A stretch of DNA of 64,000 bases, from NCBI GenBank assembly GCA_964252035.1, contig OZ176207.1; one strand, 5' to 3'. Origin of the DNA: Podarcis erhardii. Its lineage: Eukaryota. Both the position numbers and the translations under genes were made by a program. Of the stretch, positions 24,727 to 35,738 are shown piece after piece (positions within the stretch are counted from its first letter, which is position 1; each line of letters begins with the position of its first letter). The notes beneath the pieces are model-generated. The model was given only the letters and a program-made list of their open reading frames with translations, was not told the DNA's origin and searched no databases.

Positions 24727-26084
24727 TAATAACTTCCACTAGAAGTGCCTTATGGAAGGCAGCAGATCCCTCTGAACCTCCTTTTTTAACACTTTCCCCA
24801 GTGGATTAAACTACCAGCCAATCAGGATTCTCTCAGAAATGCACTGAAACCTCCACAGGGTTTGGGTAGGATTATAAATGATGTTCCCAACCCCATCAGT
24901 CGCATGCATGCATTTCAATCTGAGCCAATCAGATGCATGAATTTTTGGTCTGCCTGTTGCTCTTCTCTTCCTTTGTGTCACTATTGTCTCACATTTGCAA
25001 GGCAGCAAACTAAAGCAGGAAAGACAATCTTGCCCCCACCCCTCTTTGAGTTCCTGGGTCTGGTATATAAATGTTTAAGGAGAGGAGTGGCAGTAAATTA
25101 TTTCAAAATCCTATTTGCTGTCATGGGAAGGGAAGAGGAGGAAATATCAGACCACTCATAGGGAGGCGAGAGTAACCTGGCCTTTTTGTGTGCTGCAAAA
25201 GTAGGAAGGGTGAGGATATTTGCATATTCCCAGAAGTGGAGAAGAAGGGCTACCTTTTGTGAGGAATCCAGTCTCTCTCCAGCATTCTTAGGATCTCTAA
25301 ATATCACTAGCATTTTCAACCTTTAGTTTGGATACTCTATACATCATGCTGCTTATTTTGTAAATAAAATTGTCAATATAATACCTATTGTTTTCCTTGG
25401 GCTGTTTGAATATGCTTATTAGCATTCTTTCTCTCTGACTCATGCAGCCTTCAGAATTAAAGGATCTGGAGATTTTATACGCAATATAATTGATTCCAAC
25501 TGAGGATAACAGCAATAAATTATTATAATTAAAGTAAAAACTTAGCAGAGATGTCAGGGTTTTTCCTGGGCCCAGGAACAGGTTTTCTGTGATGGGTGAG
25601 CTGTGAAAGGAGGCCCCTTGTGACAACAGAGGATTGCAGTACCTTGGAGGCTAACAAATTCATTATGACAATCTGATTCTGTGGCCTCATTATCCAACCC
25701 CGTTAAAAATCACTATGCTGTGGTCTACATATTGTACTCTGGTGTTCTAGCCACACATCAAAGTCCTTACAAAGCTATCTGGCTGGTACAGATAAGGCAA
25801 ACTAGTTTCATGATGTCTACAGTACATTTGGTAAATTATGTGCCCAACTTATGCTAGCCAGTTCCAAGAATTAAGTGCCCAGGAGCAGGGCTAGCCCAAA
25901 GCATTCAAGGTAAATTAAAACTTTCCCTGTTCTGTCGTATCGTATGCTAACCGTACAATAGTACAAAAGGCTGCAAATGAGTACTTACTTGTTTGAGAGC
26001 AAGATCCAGTGAACCTGGAGGAATTTATTCAAAGCAAGCATGTATAGGATCAAGGTACACAGCATCAATAGCTGACTGGGATGT

Positions 26085-27198
26085 AATAGAAACAGAAGAG
26101 AAACTAAAATTGAAAGAATTTGAAGAGATCCGAGAACATGTTAATGATTGGTTACAATATTTTCAAGTAAATGAGGTTTTTAAAGAAGACAAAAAGAAAT
26201 TATTTAGATATACTTTATCTAGATTTCAAAGAGAAATTGTAGAGGATAAGAATGTTACTGAAGAAGATGTATACCGTAATTTATTGTTAGAATGGGAAAC
26301 CAAAGAGGAAGTCAAATGTGTAATGATTAAATGGGCACAAGATCTAGGCTACAACTTACAAATGAAAGACTGAGAAAAATTATGGAAAGTTGATTTAAAA
26401 TTTACCGCATGTACAACTCTGAAAGAGAACTACATGAAAATGATTTATCAATTGTATTTAACTCCTGCTAAACTTGCAAAAATGTATAGAACAAGCTCTA
26501 ATAAGTGCTGGAAGTGTAAAGAGAAAGAAGGAATGTTTTACCGTAAGTGGTGGAATTGTAAAGTTATAAAAAGTTATTGGGAAATGATTTATAATGAATT
26601 GAAGATGTTCAAAATAACTTTTGTTAAAAAAAAAAAAGCATTTTTGTGAGGTATAATAGAACATGAATTACCAAAAGAATGGAAAAAGCTGTTTATATAT
26701 GCTACAATGGCGGCTCAGATTCTCCTAGCCCAGAAACGGAAGGACAACCAGACTCCAATGAAAGAAGAATGGCGAGTCAAGCTTGTGGATTAAGCTTGGC
26801 GAAACTTATGGGAAGAATCAGCGACAATGATAACGAAGACTTTTAAAAAGACTGGGAAGCTTTTATGTTGTATTTACAGAAATATTGTAAAGAAATGGAC
26901 TCACTATACAAGTAAGATCAAAAGTTAAGAAAGGATAAGATGGAATGAAATCAATTGTAGGATATAATCATGAAAGAAAATTTAGTACAAAAACAATAAG
27001 AAGTTAAGAGGATTAAGGTATAAGAATATAAAAATAAGATAACAATTAAGCAGAAATAGTAAATATTTAAAGAACCAGAAAGGGAAGTTGGAGGAAGTCA
27101 CGGGGGGGGGGATTTCTTTTCTTTTTTATGACAAATGTTACATTGTGTTCATTGATTGAATACAAAATTGTAAAACTCAATAAAATTGCTTTTAAAAA
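26085..27198 (+). mobile_element. 5'-truncated L1-clade LINE (ORF2 C-terminus and 3' UTR)
   Basis: Encodes KWAQDLG..YLTPAKLAKMY..CWKCKEKEGMFYRKWWNC (decayed CCHC knuckle) and ends in AATAAA and an A tail. The 18-bp TSD AATAG(C/T)TGACTGGGATGT lies at 26067-26084 and 27199-27216. Confidence 0.88.
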
Positions 27199-28459
27199 AA
27201 TAGTTGACTGGGATGTTATTTTAATGGCTATCTGTCACTACTTCCTCCTATTGCACCAGGGGAGTCCTTATAGAGGGGCTTACATGTTAATCTGTAGCAG
27301 CAAAACAAGTACATATTTTTATGACACCTTAAATATTAACATATTTATTACGGGAAAAGCTTTTGATGAAGCACCTGATGAAATGGACTATAGCCCATTA
27401 AGGTTTATGCCACAATAAATGTGTTAGTTTTTAAGATGCTTTAACAATTTTAAAGTATAAATCAGTATGTAGGTGCAGGTCCTAAGTGATTTTGGCAGTA
27501 CTGCCTATACACCCAGTTAAAAATTGCCATTTGTATCAGTGGACCATCTATGAGTCTGTTCTAAAGGTAGGAAGAGGACACTGCATGAAATTTCAGGGCT
27601 GGTTAATATGCACTTACGCTTTGCATTGACTAAAATGAGGGTTGATGCAATCATGTACATAATTACATAATAAAACAGACAGTAATTTCAATCACCTGTG
27701 GACATTATTTGCATAGTGGAAAACAACAGCAAAATACAACAAGACCTGCAGCAAGAGCAAACTAAGCATTTGCAATAGTCTTTACAAATTGTAGACATCC
27801 AGTTTGAAAGAATAGTAGATTACGAATGCCACTCTAATGTCATGATAAATTGGAACCTCAAAACTTTTTTTTGAGGGGTGGGGAGATGGACTCCGAGGCA
27901 GGCAATTTTGGATGCATCTCTATAAGATCAGATAAACCTATAAGGATAGAGTGAATTCAGAGGAATGTCATTTGTGATGCATCCTGTTGCCCAGAAGATC
28001 AGATAAGCCATGTACAGATCCAATGTCTAGACATCACAGTGGAACTATTCAACTATTCACAGTGGAACTATTCATACTCAATGGCAATTAGAACACAATT
28101 CATTTTTATTTATTTTTTACTGCATTTACTTTCTTGCAATTATCTCTGCAATCCCTCAATCGATCATGAAATCAATGCTCTGCTAATCAAGGGGTGAAGT
28201 TTGATGTGAGATATGTAACAATACATTTGACAGCACAAATGCAATTAAATTCATACCATATACTTCTTATGTGATGCTACCTTGCATCCTGAATTCCCTT
28301 TCCTTAATTGCAGGTGGTTGCTTATATTAAAAAACAAACACCATCCTTCTCATTTTCTGTCTGTGCATGTACAAACATAGACACGCTATAAAGAAATATA
28401 AAAATAAGCAAATAAAACCAAGAGCAGATAGAAACAGTGGACTAAATTATAAACAGCAT

Positions 28460-28880
28460 TAGCAGAAAAACAAATTGCCTGAGCAGCCAAACAAGGTCTC
28501 TGCTTGCTGACAGGTCAACAAAGAGGTAGCTAAACAGACCTCACTTCTGAAGGGTAGGCATAGGCATGGAGGTGCCCTTTCTCATTTCCAATGCCAAACA
28601 TACATCAGATGTTGGTAGAATGTAGAGAAGGGCCTCTTCTCAAAATATTTAAACCTGGAAAGCTTCATATAGGAGAAGGTGGTCCTTCAGACAACCTGGC
28701 TCCACGCCAATCAGGGCTTTAAAGGGCACAACTAGCCTTTTGAATTATGCCCAGAAATAATACTGGCATCCAGTAAAGTTGTTCTATCACTAGGGTTGGG
28801 TGCTGCCAATAACTGGCCCTGGTTAACAGCCATACAACAGCATTATGGACTAACTGAAGTTTCTGAACTAGTTTCTAAAG
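28460..28880 (-). mobile_element. Old L2 3' fragment
   Basis: Degenerate match to the young L2 (ggtccttcagacaacctgg..agggctttaaaggg..ttgaatt). Confidence 0.6.
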
Positions 28881-30979
28881 TCTGTGTAAATTAGTTTTTT
28901 ATTACAGATGGTTTAACAAAGTATGATTTGGGGCATTATTCCATCCTCATAGTATAAAGTTTCCAATAGCATTCAGGAATTGTCAGGGAAGATCAGTTTG
29001 TTTTTTACACCTCAAACAAAACTAATAATTTGGAGTTCAACTTATGATTTTCAAAAGACAAAAACAAAGGTTGGCATTATATGTGAACCAACCCTGTGAA
29101 TGGCACTGAAAACACTTTCCTTACTGGAGCCAGCTTTTAGGAATTGAGCGCAATAGTCAAATGATGCATATTTTGCTTACAAAGAATAGCAAAAAACAAA
29201 GACAGAACTGGACAAACACCATCAACATATGACTGTCCAAACACACTCTATAATATGGGTATAATCAAATGATCTGATGTTGACCATAATAAACTAGATC
29301 AGCTGTTGAGAAGGCTAATGGCCACTCAGTACCACCCCATCCACCTTCTTTGGCTAAGATAGTGTATAAACCAAAATCAATGGAGAAGACTTTTTCAAGA
29401 GATCTTTCAAAGCATCAAATCTATGTTATTTTCCCTAACAAGAGTACAGTAATAGTAATAGTTCTCTTCCCACCCACCCACCCCCCATTTGCAGTAATTC
29501 CAGTGGAATTCTAGATGGAAATCAAAGGCATTATGAAAATACCCAGAAAGCCTTTAAAAAGGAATCAGGTACTCAAGTATCTAGTCACTGATAGCAGACC
29601 ACTGATTGGAAGCTGAAATGAAAGAGTTTCTTATCCGATGCAATACACAAATATTTTAAAGTATATTATCAGAATATTTTTAAAAGTATTATCAGTATAT
29701 TTTAAAGTATATTATTAGGGGAGAAATGACAGAAAGGTGGAAATGTCAGAAATCATAGATTTTCTAAACATAGATTATAGATAAGATACAATGCCCTGGC
29801 AAATTTGGATGATTTGTGAAGGCAAAATCAAGCTGCAAAAATTGTACACAGGAACCTAGCAGAAAAGTATGAACAATTTGCTACTGAGCCTGCCCAAATT
29901 ATAAATATCTGGTCCAGTTCAGCTATTGAAATCTAGTGATAATCAAAGGGGAAAACCAAAAAGGATGGAAATACACCCAAGAAATGAAGCAGTTTTATAC
30001 GCTTGACTTGGTTTGATCTAATAAGCCTTATAAGTCTTAGCAGTTAAGAGGTAACACATTTTGTCAGGTTATAGATAATTTCTCCCAACAAGCCCACCGA
30101 GGATGCCAACTTATTTATCATTAAGAGCAACAAACAACACCCTTCTTCCACAGGTTCACTAGCACATGTCTACAGGAATTTTTGTGCTTCTCCCTTCAGT
30201 GAAACTGGATAGCCTTTAAGGAGCAGTTATATCATACAGATAATTTTTCAGAAAGTCCTTGTATTTCAAAATTAGTACCACAAACTGTGTACTAATTGTT
30301 CACTCAATATCTAATTAGATATCAACTGCTTTCAACCGATTCCCTGTTTCCTGGCTGTATCATTATGATCAATAACTGACAGTTCATATTGGCCCAACCC
30401 ACAGTTTGGCATCATTATTTCACCCAGGGCTGGCTCAAAATGTTTGGCTGCCTAAGATTGACCAGCAAATGGCACCTTACAACCCAATAAAGAGAGCTAG
30501 CACCCAAGGCCAACCAAGGTATTTTAGCAACTGGGGCAAAAAATTCTACAAGCACATTATAGTCAACCTTCCAACACCTTTAGAGAGGCCCTACAGAAGA
30601 CCCCCCCCTTCCTTCAGTCCCCAAAGTGTACGTGCAAATCAACAGTGGTGGCTTTTTTATTTATTTTTAATATTCATTTAGCAAATCATAAATCAAACAG
30701 CTCCCTCCATCTGTGTGTCTTTGCTCTGGGGCATATCCCCCTTTTACCTTTTATCAAGCATTTCCCCCCGCTTTTTGTTGTAGTTTAACAGCTGCTGGTA
30801 TTTCTTCAGAGAGGCTCACAAATGCCTAAGAAGTTGTTGCATCCCAATTTGTGCTATGGAAATAAAGCTCAATTAATTTATTTTAATACCAAAGCCTACC
30901 CTTCATCACAATGGATTGCAGGGTGGGATACAATAAAACTATATTTAAAATATCATATCTGTAATCATTAGAGAGCAGT

Positions 30980-31570
30980 TAAAATCAATAAATACTATCA
31001 ATGGTAAAATCACAATAATGGAATCTCCTGCAATCTCAACTGAACAACTTAATGAATCTCAAATGCTTGAGTAAAGAACCATGCTTCAAGTTGACATCAA
31101 AGCGAAAACTGAGTCAGAAGCTGCCATTCCTTAGAGTGGATGTGATGCTACCGTTGAATAGGCTTTCTCTGGTATTGCCACATGGTATTCAACTTCTGGC
31201 AACAGGACACTGAAAAGGGCCTCTCCAGAAAACTTAGTATCCAGGCAAGGCAATATAGGAAGAGACATTCTTTCAAGTACTTAGGCTGCCAGTAATTTAG
31301 GGCTTCATAAATCACAACTAACACTTTTATTTCAGACAGGTTGTCCATTGGCAGCCTTCAGGAACAGCTGGCTGACCCACTTAACAACCTGGCAACTGCA
31401 TCCCATACTAGCTGAAGCTTCTGTCTTCAAGAGTAACACCACACCAACAATAATCCAAGCAGGCGGTTGACAGAGCATGGATTTCTGTGTCAAGGCTATC
31501 TCTGTCAAGGAATAGCCATTGCTGGTGAGCCAACAGAAACTGGCCAGATGGATGAAAGCTAGTAATTTAC
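30980..31570 (-). mobile_element. Old L2 3' fragment
   Basis: EIKVLVVIYEALNYWQPKYLKECL resembles the young L2 QFKVLVLTFKALNGLGPVYLKERL. Confidence 0.7.
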
Positions 31571-33152
31571 TAGCAGCTGAGAAGTGTCAGTTGAGTATCT
31601 TATGGGTGGTATATAATGTTGGTCACACACACAAAAACTGAATGGGAACCAAAAGACAAGTCTTTCTAACTTCTCCAGTGGTGGTAAAACAATCTTACTC
31701 AGCTACGAGTGATTGCCAAAGAAAGAAAGAATATTCTTTCAGAGTTGTCCATACAAATTCACTCTAAGATCCTAACTACAAGTTACATTTTTTAAAAAAA
31801 TGTAAAATATTTTTTTGTGATACAAAACAAACAAATGTACAAGCATACCTCAAAGATATTGTAGGTTTGGTTTCAGAGCACCACAATAAAGCAAATATCA
31901 CAATAAAGCAAGACACACTTTTTTTGTTTGTTTCCCGGTGCATATTGAAGTTATGTGTACTCTATATTGTCATCTATTAAGCCAGGCCTCCCTAACTGCA
32001 GGGGCAAGAGGGGGAAAACCCAGCTCCAGCCCTAGACAGCTCTACTCCCAAGGCCAGAAGAGGGGCAGGGGCTGGGGAGGGGGGCTTTCTTCCCCTGGAA
32101 GCAGCCAGGCTGCCTGCAGCTGCACCCATATCCTCATAAGGAGCAATATCTGTGAAAAACAATAAAATGAGGTGTGGCTGTATTTTAACCATATTAATGG
32201 ATGCTATTTCTAAGGGGGTAATTCTGAGCAAAGAAACAGAGTGGGGAAGGCATGCTTCCCCCCATCTATCACTTCTCCACTCCAGGTTGCCTTCCCTGCC
32301 AAATGTTCCCCTCTGAATGGGGTCCCAAAAGCATTTGCCATTGCAAACGTACATTTGGAATTCTGCAAGAGAGAAAGCAACAGTGGGGAACAGAAAAAGC
32401 AACTGGAGGGGGAAAGAGTTAAGCACCTTCTTCTCCACTCCCCATTTCTTGCCTTATTTTAATCCTTTCTTAAAATACACCCTAAACAGAACAAACCATG
32501 TCTTAGATTGACACTAAATTATGAATTAATATAGACTTAAGCTTGTCAGTGGATGTATGTTCATTCACAATAAGTCATTCATTCAGCGAACAGCAGTTCT
32601 CCCTTGGCTATGACAGCTACGAAGGACATTAAAGGAGGACATTAAAACAGAGTGGTAATATCTGAAGTTAAGCTTTGAAGTCTACAAATCTTTGAGCAGC
32701 ATTTGCCTTGGAATCAATAGAACAAAAATGCACAGAAATGGGTAAAAAACATTCTTAGGTGCCTTATTAGGTGGTTGCAGTTAATGACAGAAGAATGAGC
32801 TCAGCCATCCATCCGCTATGAAAAATAATGAACAGAGAGATGAATTAATAAATTTAAAAATTAAGCCTCCATATAATTTCCCATTTCAGCAAAACAAAAA
32901 AAGTCCCACATTATCTAAGCGACACCATAAACAAGTATTGCAAATTTCACTTTAAAACAGAGTTGTACAAAGTAAATGCAAAATTGTTTAAAATTAATCA
33001 TAATAACCCCCAAAAGACACGCTTTGTGTGCTATCAGGAATCTCATTCTCTAAGAAAATTTCAATGGGAAAATTTACTTTTTATGTTGTTAGTGACTCCA
33101 CATGATAACACATCAGAAAAATTAAAGAAAGCAAACTCTCTTTACATCTCAC

Positions 33153-35522
33153 CTGCCCAGATATATTTGGGACCAGCTCCTTTCCATTCTGCAGTTCCCC
33201 ATTCTCTGAAAAGATAGGTATGTTGGGGGTAAAAACCATGAGGTCATTCTTGGCACCAGCCTCCCCAGCTGGAGCTGCCAGGATGTGGCTGTGGCGATTT
33301 GAATAGGACCAGCTGCCCACTTCGCTGGCACAAACCAGTGTGGCTGTGCCAGGGCCATACATCACGGGCTCCTTGGGTTGACACTGGCATCGCAGAGCCA
33401 TATACACAATGATTGCCAGCAGAAACAATGTGGAAACTGAGCAGATGGCAATGATCAGGTAGATATTGGAATTGCCCGCCAAGGATCCTGAGTTCACTCC
33501 CAACATGGGAAGCCGGGTATCAGTGTGAACAGCCTGAGCACTTGATATCAGTGATACACTGAATGTGACTGTGGCTGACAACACTGGTTTGCCATGATCC
33601 TTCACTACTATCAGCAGATTCTGGCTGCTGCCACCTTCTGTCTCATCCAGGGCTTGGGTTGTACTGATCTCACCGCTGTATAACCCAACGCGCCAAGGAC
33701 CACTTTTCACATCATGCAATTCATAGCGCAGCCATGCATTGTAGCCTGAGTCAGCATCCAAGGCACGGATCTTGCCCACTACATGTCCAGCTTCTAGTGG
33801 GGCTGCCAGCAAGATGGGAGCCTCCTCTGGCTCAGACACTGCTGGTGCATTATCATTCTCATCCACCACAAAGACTTGCACCGTCACATTACCACACAGG
33901 GAGGGCAGCCCAGCATCCTTGGCCCTCACTTGGAACTCCAGCAGCTTCAGCTCCTCATAGTCCAAGGGTTGCAAGGCATAGACCTTCCCGCTCTCCGAGT
34001 GCACCGAGATGTAGCTTGTCAGGGGCCAAAGCTTCTCATCCATCGAGTAGCTAACCAGAGCATTCTCAGCCACATCTAGGTCTGTGGCAGACACAGTGAA
34101 GATGTGAGCACCCGGTGGGTTGTTCTCCTTCACAAAGACCATGTAGGAGGGTTGTGCAAATGTAGGTGCATTGTCATTTACATCACTGATGGGCACAACC
34201 AGACTGCTGCTGGTTGACAGCAATGGCTCCCCTTGATCTTGTGCCATCACCAACAGTCTATATTCAGCTACTTTCTCCCGATCCAGAGGCTGAGCTATCA
34301 CCAGTGAATAATAATTCTTGAAGTTGGACATCAGCTTGAAGGGGAGCCCAGGTGGCCACAAGGAGCAGCTTACTTGCCCATTGGCACCAACATCTCTATC
34401 AGAAATGCTGAGCAAGGCCACCACTGTCCCTAGTGGAGAGTCCTCTGGCACTGGCACTGACAGTGATGAGACTGATATCTCAGGAGCATTGTCATTCACA
34501 TCCAAGACCTCAATCAGGACTTTGCAATGTCCTTTCATTGGTGGGGAGCCTTTGTCTGTTGCTTCTACCCTAATTTCACCTAACTTAATACTTTCAAAAT
34601 CAAGTTCTCCATTTAATATGATTTGTCCATTGCTTGAATCTAAACTAATCAGTGCACCTAAATTCTGTGGGTTAACACTTCGAATTGAATATATAATGTC
34701 TTTGTTAATTCCTTCATCGAGATCTGTTGCATTGAGACAGATTATTAACGTTCCTATTTTTGCATTTTCAAAAACTTTAACTTGATACACAGACTGATTA
34801 AAAACTGGTGCATTATCATTCGTATCCAGCACACTGATTAGCAACTGAGCTGTGCCAGTTTGCTCTGGTTTTCCTCCATCAGTGGCCGTAAGCAATAAAT
34901 TGTATACGTGAGTTAATTCTCGATCAAGAGGTTTCTTTAACACAAGAACTAAAGACTCACCATGCTTCTCATTGTTTTGAACATCCAAGGTGAAATACTC
35001 ATTGGGACTGAGTTTGTAGCTGAGATGAGAGTTTGAACCAATATCGTCATCAGAAGCTCCCTCTAGTGGGAAGGATGAACCTGGAAGTCTAGATTCAGAA
35101 ATATTCAGGTTTTGCCCAGCAGCTGGGAATATAGGAGCATTGTCATTGATATCCTTGATCTCCACTTCTACATGAAAGACTCTTAAGGGTTTATCCAGGA
35201 TCACCTCCAGGTGAATCATGCATACAAGGGTCTTGGCGCACATCTCCTCTCGATCTATCCGGGAATTAACAAATAAAATTCCATTTTGGACATTTACCTC
35301 TAAGTAGTCCTCATGGCCTTGGGATATCATCCGGAACATCCGGGGCATCAGCTCCTCCACCTGCAGCCCCAGATCCTGGGCAATGCGGCCCACGAAGGTG
35401 CCATGCTGGGATTCTTCCAGGACAGAGTAATGGAGCTGGCCACTTCCCATCAACCAGACTCTGTGGATTAGAATCAGCTGCAGCAGCCAGCTCTTTACCA
35501 GGGGGCATTGGTTCAAAGACAT
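33153..35522 (-). CDS. PCDHA: Protocadherin alpha alternate variable exon, last before alphaC1 (790 codons)
   Basis: The ATG at 35522 opens a 28-aa signal peptide followed by [22 protein letters not shown]. It has six cadherin repeats, [12 protein letters not shown] and the alpha-type tail [17 protein letters not shown]. The donor CAG|GTGAGA at 33153/33152 is phase 0. The paralogue number cannot be assigned. Confidence 0.95.
35055..35069 (-). promoter_or_regulatory. Exonic CTCF site (eCBS) within the FPLEGA codons
   Basis: CCACTAGAGGGAGCT, a near-consensus CTCF core about 670 bp downstream of the pCBS and in the same orientation. Confidence 0.75.
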
Positions 35523-35723
35523 TGTAACGGTAGGTTTTATCCCTGCTTTGGAAAAAAATTAATCCACTCTCCAGCGTCAGCATAAAATGGTGGGAAATAG
35601 GCAATTGTTACGCTGCAGTCTCCATGCCATCACCCTGAGCTTCTTGCAGTCTCTTGTTCTTTCTGAATTGCTGGGAGGGGCTTTGATCTCTGCCTGAAAA
35701 GAGTATTTTGAATTTCAGTGGGT

Positions 35724-35738
35724 AGCGACATCTTGTGA
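35724..35738 (-). promoter_or_regulatory. Pcdh conserved sequence element / promoter CTCF site (pCBS), canonical CGCT form
   Basis: The minus strand reads TCACAAGATGTCGCT, 202 bp upstream of ATG 35522, matching the CGCT-core CSE of mammalian Pcdh promoters. Confidence 0.85.

Noticed and set aside
19600-33000. Relic or pseudogene Pcdh exon in the gap before alphaC1
   Set aside because: No cadherin motifs (DxNDN, DRE, DxD) were found in the ORF track or by eye. A tBLASTn search would be needed to exclude a very decayed relic.
33081-33152. Read-through tails after each splice donor (5-23 aa) as a distinct C-terminal domain
   Set aside because: They are intronic sequence after consensus donors, unrelated between paralogues. 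Unspliced short forms are possible, but nothing here supports them.
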